64,000 bases of DNA, taken from positions 64,957 to 128,956 of the forward strand of contig JAIXWD010000005.1 in NCBI GenBank assembly GCA_027482225.1, read 5' to 3'. Numbering within the stretch: position 1 is the stretch's first letter; every line of letters begins with the position of its first letter. The notes below the pieces were generated by a model. The model ran no database searches. It saw only the letters and a list, made by a program, of their open reading frames with translations, and had not been told where the DNA came from. The position numbers were made by a program, and so were the translations under genes. This document shows, one piece after another, positions 38,753 to 48,332 of the stretch. The stretch is from Bacteroidota bacterium. Its GTDB lineage: Bacteria > Bacteroidota > Bacteroidia > UKL13-3.

Positions 38753-39517
38753 ATGGATTTAACGATAAAACAAGAAGGTAATTTTAAGTATATTGAAGAA
38801 GGTGAAGGCGAGGTACTTCTGCTTTTACATGGATTATTTGGAGCGCTCAGTAATTGGAGAGAGGTTACAGAACACTTCTCCAAAAAATATAAGGTGGTAA
38901 TTCCATTGATGCCAATTTTTGAAATGAATATTTTAAGCCTAAGTGTTGAGGGTTTAGCTAATTTTATCCACGAATTTATCGAATATAAAAAGTTTAAGTG
39001 TGTAAATCTTTTAGGCAATTCACTTGGCGGACATGTAGCCCTAGTGTATTTAAAAAAACATCCTGAAAATGTGAAAACATTGTTACTTACAGGAAGTAGT
39101 GGACTATATGAAAATGCTATGGGAGGAAATTATCCCAAAAAAGGTGATAAAGAGTTTATTCGAAAAAAAATAGAAATTACTTTTTACGACCCAAAAAATA
39201 CCACTGATGAATTAGTGGATGAAGTTTTCGAAACAGTTAATGATCGAATGAAAGTTTTACGCATTTTAACCATGGCCAAATCAGCTATAAGACATAACAT
39301 GCGAAAAGATATTCCAAATATCAAGATCCCTGTTTGTTTAATTTGGGGCAAAAATGATGTAATTACGCCTCCTAATGTTGGAGTAGAGTTTAATGAGTTA
39401 TTACCAGACTCTGAGCTTCACTTTTTAGATAATTGCGGACATGTTCCAATGATGGAACACCCAACCGAATTCAATAAAATAGCAGAGGCATTCTACCTTA
39501 AAAAACTTGCTAAATAA
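38753..39517 (+). CDS. Alpha/beta hydrolase
   Basis: LLLHGLFGALSNW, GNSLGGHVAL (GxSxG). Confidence 0.8.
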   Translation: MDLTIKQEGNFKYIEEGEGEVLLLLHGLFGALSNWREVTEHFSKKYKVVIPLMPIFEMNILSLSVEGLANFIHEFIEYKKFKCVNLLGNSLGGHVALVYLKKHPENVKTLLLTGSSGLYENAMGGNYPKKGDKEFIRKKIEITFYDPKNTTDELVDEVFETVNDRMKVLRILTMAKSAIRHNMRKDIPNIKIPVCLIWGKNDVITPPNVGVEFNELLPDSELHFLDNCGHVPMMEHPTEFNKIAEAFYLKKLAK

Positions 39518-40167
39518 TGATAGCTGAAGAACTGATATCTGATCAAATAATTCCACTAAAATGTGGGGATTTATGCGATGCTGCGATCAGTTTTATGCAC
39601 GATGCTAAAGTGGTGGAAATGCCCGTAGTAGAATCTGGTAAACTTTTGGGCTATTTACACATAAGCAAAGCTGAAAAAACACAGAACAAAACAGTTGGGC
39701 AGGTTATGGAAAATAAGCTCTTGTTCATTCCTACAAATACACATCTATTTGATATTACTCGCATCATGTATGATACCAATTCAACAACAATTGCAGTATG
39801 TGATGAGAACCAAAACTATATTGGCGCGATTTCCCTCGCAGATTTATTAAAAGCCTACTCAAAAAATACAGCAAACAGTTTGCCGGGTGCTATTATTACA
39901 CTCGAAATATTTCCAAGAGATTACTCACTTACTGAAATTGCACGTATTACAGAAAGTAATGATTTTAAAATTACTGGACTATTTATCCGAAATTTAGAGA
40001 ACAACAAACTTGAAGTTAGCTTAAAATTAAACTCCGTTGAAATAAAAACTGTACTTCACACTTTTGAACGATACAATTACAATATTAAATCTGTTCATCA
40101 ATTAAGTGAAGTAGCTGATAACTTAAACCAAAGACTAGATTGGTTGATTAAATACATTAATACATAA
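39517..40167 (+). CDS. CBS domain-containing protein
   Basis: 216 aa with a CBS-pair-like pattern. It occupies the conserved position upstream of nadK. Confidence 0.5.
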   Translation: MIAEELISDQIIPLKCGDLCDAAISFMHDAKVVEMPVVESGKLLGYLHISKAEKTQNKTVGQVMENKLLFIPTNTHLFDITRIMYDTNSTTIAVCDENQNYIGAISLADLLKAYSKNTANSLPGAIITLEIFPRDYSLTEIARITESNDFKITGLFIRNLENNKLEVSLKLNSVEIKTVLHTFERYNYNIKSVHQLSEVADNLNQRLDWLIKYINT

Positions 40168-40171
40168 AAAC

Positions 40172-41056
40172 ATGAAACTCGCTATATACGGCAGGGTTTA
40201 TAAAAAGGAATACCAAAAACAGCTGCAAAACCTGTTTGATTACTTAAACCAAAACGAAATTAGTTTTCTGGTTGAGGAATCCTTTCTCATTCAATGCAAA
40301 CAAGCCGAGATTAAGATAAAAGAAACAGATAGTTTTGATGGTTACGATATACTTAAGCAGTACGAGGTAGATTACATGATAAGTATTGGTGGAGATGGTA
40401 CGATGCTTGACTGTCTCACATATATACGAGATCTTCAGATTCCTGTATTAGGAATAAATAGCGGACGTCTCGGTTTTTTGGCAAGTGTAAGTATGGACGA
40501 ATCTCAAAAAGCTTTAGAAAACTTACGTAAAGGACATTTCCAAGTTGATAGCCGATCTGTACTCCAATTAGAATCAAACCAGCCACTTTTTGGTGGTGTA
40601 AAATATGCTTTAAATGATTTTGTAATTCACAAAAAGGATTCCTCTTCGATGATTATTATCCACTCATACATTAATGGTGAATTTTTAAATTCATATTGGA
40701 GTGATGGATTAATTATTTCTACCCCAACTGGCTCAACTGGTTATTCACTAAGTTGTGGAGGACCTATCCTTTATCCAACAAGCGCAAGCTTTGCAATTAC
40801 ACCAGTTGCTCCTCATAATTTAAATGTAAGACCTATAATTGTAAGCGACCAAAACGTATTGTCTTTCGAGATTGAGGGCCGAGCAACCAGCTACCTTGTC
40901 TCACTTGATTCTAGATCTGAATCTATAAACAGTAGCACACAACTTGCAGTTAGAAAAGCTGATTTTCAATTTCACCTCATTCGATTTAATGAAGAAAATT
41001 ATTTAAACACATTGCGTAAAAAATTAATGTGGGGGGTTGACAATAGAAATGCCTAA
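40172..41056 (+). CDS. nadK: NAD+ kinase
   Basis: GGDGTML motif (ISIGGDGTMLD). The length is 294 aa. Confidence 0.9.
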   Translation: MKLAIYGRVYKKEYQKQLQNLFDYLNQNEISFLVEESFLIQCKQAEIKIKETDSFDGYDILKQYEVDYMISIGGDGTMLDCLTYIRDLQIPVLGINSGRLGFLASVSMDESQKALENLRKGHFQVDSRSVLQLESNQPLFGGVKYALNDFVIHKKDSSSMIIIHSYINGEFLNSYWSDGLIISTPTGSTGYSLSCGGPILYPTSASFAITPVAPHNLNVRPIIVSDQNVLSFEIEGRATSYLVSLDSRSESINSSTQLAVRKADFQFHLIRFNEENYLNTLRKKLMWGVDNRNA

Positions 41057-41142
41057 ATTGATTGCATTAAAAGGAATCAATCGCAATTGACTTGGAATTA
41101 TAGTTTATTATAGTAGTTTTGCACCATCTTAAACCCTTTAGA

Positions 41143-42039
41143 ATGAAAGTTCTCTTTAACATATCAACACTATTAATACTCTCCGCTACTATATGCGGAA
41201 ACGTATCTGCACAAAAATTAGACGTTGGTCTACTTTTGGGCGGTGCCTATTATTATGGTGATGTTGTTAACGAACTTGAACCTACTACAATGCGCGCAGC
41301 AGTTGGAGGTTTTCTTCGCTACAGACTTGGCACCCGCTTTGCAATAAAAGCATACGGAGGATTTAATAAAGTATCTGGCGATGACCAATTAAGCGAGAGC
41401 AAATGGCAAAAAGAGCGCAATTGGACATTTGAAACCAATATTCTTGAAGGTTCATTATTATTAGAATGGAACTTAATAGAAGACCGTAACAGAGGTAGAA
41501 GGTTTGCAAATCCATTCATTCCATATTTATTTGGAGGTGTGGGTATGTTCAATTTCACCCCAAAAAGTGACTATAATGGTGAATTACAAAGCCTAGCACC
41601 ACTTCAATTATCTGGTGTTGCATACACTCGAGACGCCATTTGTGTGCCATTTGGCCTCGGTGCCAGATACTACATTGCCCGTAAATTCCAAATAGGTTTA
41701 GAATTAGGAGTCCGTTATACAAATACCTCTTATATTGATGACATAGCCCCTGATAACGTATATCAAGACCCGAGTACAACACCATTCCCCACGCTAACCC
41801 AATATTATTACTCAAGGAGTTCAGCAAATAGAAACCCGGGTGATTTAAGAAGTAAAATGGGTAATGTAAAAGAAGGAACAGGATCTAACGGTTTAAATAA
41901 GTTTTTAGGTGCTAGCGATTTTTATGTTACTACAGGCTTAACGGCTTCGTATACAATTGGTGAGGCTAAAGGCGGAAGTTCTGGTGGAAGTCGAGGAAGA
42001 AACTATGGAAAATCCATTCGTTGTCCACGTTTTTACTAA
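41143..42039 (+). CDS. Outer-membrane beta-barrel-like protein, DUF6089-like paralog 1
   Basis: The ATG at 41143 gives a signal peptide. Shared motifs are LDVGLLLGGAYYYGDV and PFIPYLFGGVGMFNF, and the C-terminus ends CPRFY. Confidence 0.55.
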   Translation: MKVLFNISTLLILSATICGNVSAQKLDVGLLLGGAYYYGDVVNELEPTTMRAAVGGFLRYRLGTRFAIKAYGGFNKVSGDDQLSESKWQKERNWTFETNILEGSLLLEWNLIEDRNRGRRFANPFIPYLFGGVGMFNFTPKSDYNGELQSLAPLQLSGVAYTRDAICVPFGLGARYYIARKFQIGLELGVRYTNTSYIDDIAPDNVYQDPSTTPFPTLTQYYYSRSSANRNPGDLRSKMGNVKEGTGSNGLNKFLGASDFYVTTGLTASYTIGEAKGGSSGGSRGRNYGKSIRCPRFY

Positions 42040-42127
42040 TCAGTCATTAAAACATAAGCCATTAATTAATAATAGCTTAAGATACAACATTTGTAAACAT
42101 TTTGCGTTTTAAGGTATAAACCTATAT

Positions 42128-43009
42128 TTGTTTTTTATGGGGGTTAATATGATTTCAAAATTCAAGTACATTCTATTATTTTCATCTACTCTTTTTGTTG
42201 TGTCAATGCATGCTCAAAACATTGAGTTTGGAGTATATGGAGGTGTTTCGAATTACATAGGTGATGTAAGTGAGCAAAAGATGCGTTTTGATCAGTATCA
42301 TCCGAGTGCTGCAGTAATGGGAAGATATAATGTAAGCCAACGATTAGCCTTGAAAGGCATGATAGCCTATGGGAAAATCTCAGGAGCCGATTCTTTAGCC
42401 TCTAATGCCAAAAACAAGATGCGTAATACCAACTTTAATAGTGATATTTACGAGTTTTCTGTTCACGCTGAATATAATTTAGTTCCTAATAAATTATCAG
42501 ATAGAGGAGGTAGACCCTTTGTTCCATATATATTTGGTGGAATTGGAATCTTCCACTTCAATCCTAAAACTTCATTCCAAGGTAACGAGTACGAATTACA
42601 ACCACTAGGTACAGAAGGTCAAGGAACTACTCAATATAACAACTTAAAAAAATATGACCTAACCACGATTTGTTTACCTATGGGTGTGGGAATAAAAAAA
42701 CGTGTCTCACGTAGTTTTGTTGTAGGCGTTGAAGCTGGATTTCGCTTTACATTTACCAAATATCTAGATGATATTGGAGGAAAATATGCTAATGCCAACG
42801 TAGTTTCTCGAGCATACGGACCAACAGCTGGAAGTTTGGCTAACAGAACAGCTGAAGTGGCAACTGATTATCCTAATTTGCCAATTGCCATTGAAGGTGA
42901 TTTTAGAACAACACCAGGTATTATATTGGGTACCGACATGTATTTTTTAGCAGGATTTAGTATTTCTTATATTTTCCAGAACCCCGGCATATTATGCCCA
43001 CGACTTTAA
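42128..43009 (+). CDS. Outer-membrane beta-barrel-like protein, DUF6089-like paralog 2
   Basis: IEFGVYGGVSNYIGDV, PFVPYIFGGIGIFHF, C-terminus CPRL. The true start may be the internal ATG at 42149. Confidence 0.55.
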   Translation: MFFMGVNMISKFKYILLFSSTLFVVSMHAQNIEFGVYGGVSNYIGDVSEQKMRFDQYHPSAAVMGRYNVSQRLALKGMIAYGKISGADSLASNAKNKMRNTNFNSDIYEFSVHAEYNLVPNKLSDRGGRPFVPYIFGGIGIFHFNPKTSFQGNEYELQPLGTEGQGTTQYNNLKKYDLTTICLPMGVGIKKRVSRSFVVGVEAGFRFTFTKYLDDIGGKYANANVVSRAYGPTAGSLANRTAEVATDYPNLPIAIEGDFRTTPGIILGTDMYFLAGFSISYIFQNPGILCPRL

Positions 43010-43024
43010 GCGTTATACTTATTA

Positions 43025-43822
43025 GTGAAGTTCAAATCTCTTTCTTCAGCGCTATTCTTTTTTATTAGTATTTCAACTTTTGCTCAGAAAGTTGAATTTG
43101 GAATACATGCAGGCCTTGCTAATTACACAGGTGATGTGGCTCAGCATATGATTCTGAGTGAAACCAAAATAGCAGGTGGAATTTTTGCACGCTTAAATTT
43201 CAACAACACTTGGGCTATAACAGCAATTGGAACTCAATTACGTGTAAGTGGAAGCGATGAAAACTTTAGCTATAACAAAGCCCGTAACATTAAATTTAGA
43301 ACTGATGTTACGGAATTTGCTGGCCTAGTAGAATTTAACTACTTTAAATATGGAACAGGTGTTAGAGATAAACGATTTACCCCCTACTTATATTGGGGTT
43401 TAGGAGCAGCATTTTTTAACCCACAAGGATTTTACCAAAATGAATGGTATGATTTACAACAATACCAAACGGAAGGAAAAGCATACAATGGTATAGCACT
43501 TGTGATGCCTATGGGAATAGGAATAAAATGGATGCCTAATAAAAAGATGAGCCTAGAAGGAAGCTTAGGATTTAGAAAAACCTATACCGATTATTTAGAT
43601 GATGTAAGTAATACCTATGTTGATCCAAGCAAGCAATTAAATGAAAAAGGCATAGTTGGAGCAGCCTTGGCAGATCCATCCTATAATTTGAACGAAGGTG
43701 CCTTTATAAACAAAGCAGGATACCAAAGGGGAAATCCTGATTTTAACGATTTTTACTTCGTTACCAACATTAGTGTAACTTATCGCATATTTACACGTAT
43801 TAAGTGTGCGAGATTTTATTAA
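43025..43822 (+). CDS. Outer-membrane beta-barrel-like protein, DUF6089-like paralog 3
   Basis: VEFGIHAGLANYTGDV, FTPYLYWGLGAAFFNPQ, C-terminus CARFY. The start codon is GTG. Confidence 0.5.
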   Translation: MKFKSLSSALFFFISISTFAQKVEFGIHAGLANYTGDVAQHMILSETKIAGGIFARLNFNNTWAITAIGTQLRVSGSDENFSYNKARNIKFRTDVTEFAGLVEFNYFKYGTGVRDKRFTPYLYWGLGAAFFNPQGFYQNEWYDLQQYQTEGKAYNGIALVMPMGIGIKWMPNKKMSLEGSLGFRKTYTDYLDDVSNTYVDPSKQLNEKGIVGAALADPSYNLNEGAFINKAGYQRGNPDFNDFYFVTNISVTYRIFTRIKCARFY

Positions 43823-43852
43823 ATTCGCTACCTTATATTTTTTAAACCTAAA

Positions 43853-44596
43853 ATGAGCCTCAAAAGTAAGATTGACGCGCAGAGATTGCCAGAACACATT
43901 GCCATAATTATGGACGGTAATGGCCGTTGGGCTAAAGAGAAAGGCAAGTTTCGTATTTTTGGACACCAAAATGGAGTAAAATCGGTTAGAGAGGCTACTG
44001 AAGCTGCTGCCGAGTTAGGTGTTAAATATTTAACACTATATGCATTTTCTACAGAAAATTGGAATCGTCCACAATTAGAGGTTATAGCATTAATGGAATT
44101 GTTGGTTTCTACCATTAGAAAAGAAACCAATACCTTAATGAAAAATAATATTCGCTTACAAGCAATAGGCAACATGGATGATTTGCCACCAAAATGCTTT
44201 AAGGAACTAAAGGCGGCTATAGATGAAACGCAAAATAACACACGAATGACGCTTGTACTTGCGCTTAGTTACAGCGCCAAATGGGACATCACCAATGCCG
44301 TTAAAAGTATAGCACATAAAGTAAAAGAAGGAAAATTGCTACCGAGCGATATTACAGACCAAACAATAGATGAACATTTATCAACAAATGGAATTCCAAA
44401 CCCAGCATTGATGATACGTACAAGTGGTGAACATCGTATTAGCAATTTTTTACTTTGGGAATTAGCCTATAGTGAATTTTATTTTACCGATACACTTTGG
44501 CCTGATTTTAACAAAGAACATTTATATGAGGCCATACTTAATTTCCAACAAAGAGAGAGGCGCTTCGGTAAAACAAGCGAGCAATTAGCCATTTAA
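43853..44596 (+). CDS. uppS: Isoprenyl transferase (undecaprenyl diphosphate synthase)
   Basis: [13 protein letters not shown]..., [24 protein letters not shown]. Confidence 0.95.
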   Translation: MSLKSKIDAQRLPEHIAIIMDGNGRWAKEKGKFRIFGHQNGVKSVREATEAAAELGVKYLTLYAFSTENWNRPQLEVIALMELLVSTIRKETNTLMKNNIRLQAIGNMDDLPPKCFKELKAAIDETQNNTRMTLVLALSYSAKWDITNAVKSIAHKVKEGKLLPSDITDQTIDEHLSTNGIPNPALMIRTSGEHRISNFLLWELAYSEFYFTDTLWPDFNKEHLYEAILNFQQRERRFGKTSEQLAI

Positions 44597-47151
44597 TGAA
44601 AGCATCAAAACATATTTTTCTAATACTTTTAAACGTACTTGTTGCATCAATTACTTTTGCACAAGATACTAGCTCCATTTCAAAGTCTAAAATGGGATAC
44701 ATTGATTATAGTTTCCCAAAAACATATGAAATTACAGGTGTATTGATTAGTGGAACGAATTACTATGATAAGAGCGTGCTACAAGTTCTATCTGGATTAG
44801 AAATTGGCCAAAAAATTAAAATCCCCGGAGACGACATCACAAAAGCAATTAATAATTTATGGAAGCAAAAGTTATTTGATGATGTAAAAATTAGTATCCT
44901 TGATATTACAGATGATAAAGTTTCACTTGAAATATCGTTAAGAGAAAAACCACGTTTATCTAACTTTACCATCAAAGGTCTTCGTAAAAGTAAAGCAACC
45001 AATTTACGTGATGAACTTACCATTAAATCTGGTCAAATTATTACGGATAACATGCTAAACTCTACCCGTAAACAAATTAAAAAATATTTTATTGATAAAG
45101 GTTTTTTAGATGCAGATGCAACATTTGAGATTATTCCTGATGATCCACGTAAAAACACATCAAAACTTCGTATAACGGTTAACCAAGGTGAAAAGATTAA
45201 AATAAATAATATTCAATTTTACGGCAATACTACAGTTCCATCAAAAAAACTGAAGAGTGCACTTAAAAAAACTAAAGAACGTAAACGCCTACTTTCAAAG
45301 TCTAGATACATTGAGAGTGAATATGAAGAAGATAAGAAGAAAATTATAGAAAAGTACCTAACTTTAGGATATCGTGATGTTGAAATAATTAAAGACAGTG
45401 TTTATCGCTTCGATAAAAAATCAATTAATATAAATATTACCCTTAACGAAGGAACCAAATACTATTATCGTGACATTAAATTTATTGGTAACAACAAATA
45501 CACAAGCCAACAATTACACGAAATTCTAAAAATAAAACGTGGTGATGTATACAATCAAGCAATACTAGAATCTAGGTTAAACATGAGCCAAACCGAGTTA
45601 GATATCAGTACTTTATACATGGATGACGGATATTTATTTTTTAGAATTGAACCTGTTGAAGTATTGGTTGAAAGCGACTCCATTGACTTAGAGTTACGCA
45701 TAAGTGAAGGACCACAAGCTCGAATTAATAAAGTTACGGTTGTGGGTAATACCAAAACCAGCGACCATGTAATTTTACGCGAATTGCGTACTAAACCAGG
45801 TCAATTATTCAGTCGTAGCGATATTACACGTAGTTTACGCGAGTTAGCTACTGTTGGTTATTTTAATCCTGAGGCGTTAAACGTAAATCCTGTTCCTCAT
45901 CCAGAGAATGGTACCGTTGATATTGAATATAAAGTTGAAGAACGACCTAACGATCAAATTGAACTATCAGCTGGATGGGGTATGTTTAGTGTTGTGGGCA
46001 CATTAGGTCTAACTCTTAATAATTTTTCTACCCGAAAAATGTTCGATTCTAAGGCATGGACTCCCGTACCCAGTGGCGATGGACAACGACTTAGTATACG
46101 TGCGCAAAGCAATGGTACTTTCTTTCAATCATATAGTGCATCATTTACTGAACCCTGGTTAGGTGGTAAAAAACCAAATGCGTTAACTGTTTCAATTTAC
46201 CATTCTGTACAAAGTAATGGATACCGCAAAGGAGAGGCAATGCGCTCTGCCTTATTTACAACGGGAGGAAGTATAGGTATAGCCAAACGTTTAAAATGGC
46301 CTGATGATTATTTCGTGGCTCAATACTCATTAAATATGCAACGTTACAATAACATGTACGATGTATTTGGAAAAAGTTATATAGCTAGTGTGCCAGAAGG
46401 TATTTCGAACAGTTTCAGTTTTCGTTATGTATTATCACGTAACTCTACCAATCAAACCATCTATCCAAGTAGTGGTTCAAATATTTCATTATCTATACAA
46501 GCTACACCACCATATTCTGCATTTAATGGTGTTGATTATAAAACATTAGATCCATCAAAAAGGTATCGTCTACTTGAATTTCATAAATGGAAATTTGATG
46601 CAACTTTCTTTACTCCAATTGTTGGTAAGCTAGTTATCATGAGCCGCGCAAACTTTGGATTTATTGGCACATACAACCCAGCTGTTGGCATGACCCCATT
46701 TGAGCGTTTTTGGGTTGGTGGAGCAGGCTTGATGGGATGGAATTTAGATGGCCGCGAATTAGTTGCACTTAGAGGATATCAAGACAACTCTTTAACACCC
46801 ATTAAGAGTGAAAGATACAATACTACGCTTGGAACAATTGAGCAACAAGTACGTGAAGGTGGAACTATTTACAATAGATATACCTTTGAATTACGATACC
46901 CTATATCTTTAAATCCACAAGCTACTGTATTCCCGCTTTTATTTGCAGAAGCAGGAGGCGCTTGGTTGAACTTTAAAGATTATAACCCTTTTCAAATTTA
47001 TCGTTCGGTAGGTGCAGGTGTGCGTATTTTCTTACCTATGTTTGGTATGATTGGATTAGATTATGGTTATGGATTTGATGCACCAACATACTCTGTTGAT
47101 GGCCAATACAACCGTGGTAATTTCCACTTCTTAATTGGACAACAATTCTAA
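44596..47151 (+). CDS. bamA: Outer membrane protein assembly factor BamA
   Basis: Signal peptide, POTRA repeats and a C-terminal Omp85 barrel. Conserved synteny uppS-bamA-skp. The TAATG start overlaps the uppS stop. Confidence 0.85.
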   Translation: MKASKHIFLILLNVLVASITFAQDTSSISKSKMGYIDYSFPKTYEITGVLISGTNYYDKSVLQVLSGLEIGQKIKIPGDDITKAINNLWKQKLFDDVKISILDITDDKVSLEISLREKPRLSNFTIKGLRKSKATNLRDELTIKSGQIITDNMLNSTRKQIKKYFIDKGFLDADATFEIIPDDPRKNTSKLRITVNQGEKIKINNIQFYGNTTVPSKKLKSALKKTKERKRLLSKSRYIESEYEEDKKKIIEKYLTLGYRDVEIIKDSVYRFDKKSININITLNEGTKYYYRDIKFIGNNKYTSQQLHEILKIKRGDVYNQAILESRLNMSQTELDISTLYMDDGYLFFRIEPVEVLVESDSIDLELRISEGPQARINKVTVVGNTKTSDHVILRELRTKPGQLFSRSDITRSLRELATVGYFNPEALNVNPVPHPENGTVDIEYKVEERPNDQIELSAGWGMFSVVGTLGLTLNNFSTRKMFDSKAWTPVPSGDGQRLSIRAQSNGTFFQSYSASFTEPWLGGKKPNALTVSIYHSVQSNGYRKGEAMRSALFTTGGSIGIAKRLKWPDDYFVAQYSLNMQRYNNMYDVFGKSYIASVPEGISNSFSFRYVLSRNSTNQTIYPSSGSNISLSIQATPPYSAFNGVDYKTLDPSKRYRLLEFHKWKFDATFFTPIVGKLVIMSRANFGFIGTYNPAVGMTPFERFWVGGAGLMGWNLDGRELVALRGYQDNSLTPIKSERYNTTLGTIEQQVREGGTIYNRYTFELRYPISLNPQATVFPLLFAEAGGAWLNFKDYNPFQIYRSVGAGVRIFLPMFGMIGLDYGYGFDAPTYSVDGQYNRGNFHFLIGQQF

Positions 47152-47170
47152 TCATATATAAAATAAACCA

Positions 47171-47734
47171 ATGATGAAAAAGATTTTTTTGTTAATTTTA
47201 TTGGCTGGCACTGCTTTTGTTAACACCAATGCACAACGTTTTGCTTACGTTGATACCGAATATATTTTAGATATGCTTCCTGAATACCGCTCGGCACAAA
47301 AACAGTTAGAGCAACTTTCTGCTGATTGGGAAAAAGAAATTGAAAAAAAACAGCTAGCTATCGATAAAATGTATCGCGATTTTACCGCTGAACAAGTTTT
47401 ATTAACTGAAGAGTTAAGAAAAAAAAGAGAGCAAGAAATTAAAGATAAAGAAAAGGAATTACGTGACTATAGAAACCAAAAATTTGGTTACGAAGGTGAA
47501 TTATTTAAAAAAAGACAAGAATTGATAAAACCTATACAAGATAAAGTTTTTGATGCCGTGCAAAAAGTTGCGAAACAAGGCGCTTTAGATTTTATATTTG
47601 CCAAAGGAAGCGAGATAATTATGTTGTATTCAAATGCCAAATACGATAAAAGTGATGAGGTATTAACTGAGCTAGGTGTAGCAGTAACTAAAAATAAAGA
47701 CAACCAAAATTTGCAAAAGAAAGACAATAAATAA
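47171..47734 (+). CDS. skp: OmpH/Skp-family periplasmic chaperone
   Basis: Signal peptide, coiled-coil K/E-rich sequence and conserved position after bamA. Confidence 0.8.
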   Translation: MMKKIFLLILLAGTAFVNTNAQRFAYVDTEYILDMLPEYRSAQKQLEQLSADWEKEIEKKQLAIDKMYRDFTAEQVLLTEELRKKREQEIKDKEKELRDYRNQKFGYEGELFKKRQELIKPIQDKVFDAVQKVAKQGALDFIFAKGSEIIMLYSNAKYDKSDEVLTELGVAVTKNKDNQNLQKKDNK

Positions 47735-47739
47735 ATACC

Positions 47740-48255
47740 ATGAAAAAAACAATTATTACCTTGGCTATTGCTATAGCCACCTTTTTTGGCAACACAGCAG
47801 CCAATGCACAAAACAAATTTGCTTACATCGATTTTCAAGAACTAATGCGTATGATGCCTGAATACAAAAAGGCAACTACGGATATGGAAGCATTTAGCAA
47901 AACATTGCAAGATGAATTGAAAAAAATGAGCGATGAGTTTGAAACCAAATTGGCTGCTTACCAAAAAAATCAAGCAACAATGAGTGAAGCTATTAAAGAT
48001 TTACGTGAGAAAGAATTACGTGATATGCAAAGTCGTATTCAAGAGTTTCAAGAAAATGCACAAGAAAACGCACGTAACAAAGAACAAGAGTTATTAAAGC
48101 CAATAATTGAAAAAGCTAAAACTACAATTAGTACTGTTGCAAAAGAAGGTGGTTACTCTTATGTATTTGATAGCAGCCCGGGAACACCATTGTTACACAA
48201 ACCAGATGGTGATAACATTATGGGTGCCGTTAAAAAGAAACTAGGCATTATCTAA
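47740..48255 (+). CDS. skp: OmpH/Skp-family periplasmic chaperone (second copy)
   Basis: Paralog of the upstream gene (KFAYIDFQELMRMMPEYKKA..). Confidence 0.8.
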   Translation: MKKTIITLAIAIATFFGNTAANAQNKFAYIDFQELMRMMPEYKKATTDMEAFSKTLQDELKKMSDEFETKLAAYQKNQATMSEAIKDLREKELRDMQSRIQEFQENAQENARNKEQELLKPIIEKAKTTISTVAKEGGYSYVFDSSPGTPLLHKPDGDNIMGAVKKKLGII

Positions 48256-48276
48256 TTATCTAGAATAATATTTAAC

Positions 48277-48314
48277 AAAAAATCCCGATGGTATTTGCTA
48301 TCGGGATTTTTTAT
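48277..48314. terminator. Bidirectional rho-independent terminator between convergent genes
   Basis: AAAAATCCCGAT-ggtatttgct-ATCGGGATTTTTT. Confidence 0.75.
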
Positions 48315-48332
48315 GTAAGAAATAATCTGCTA

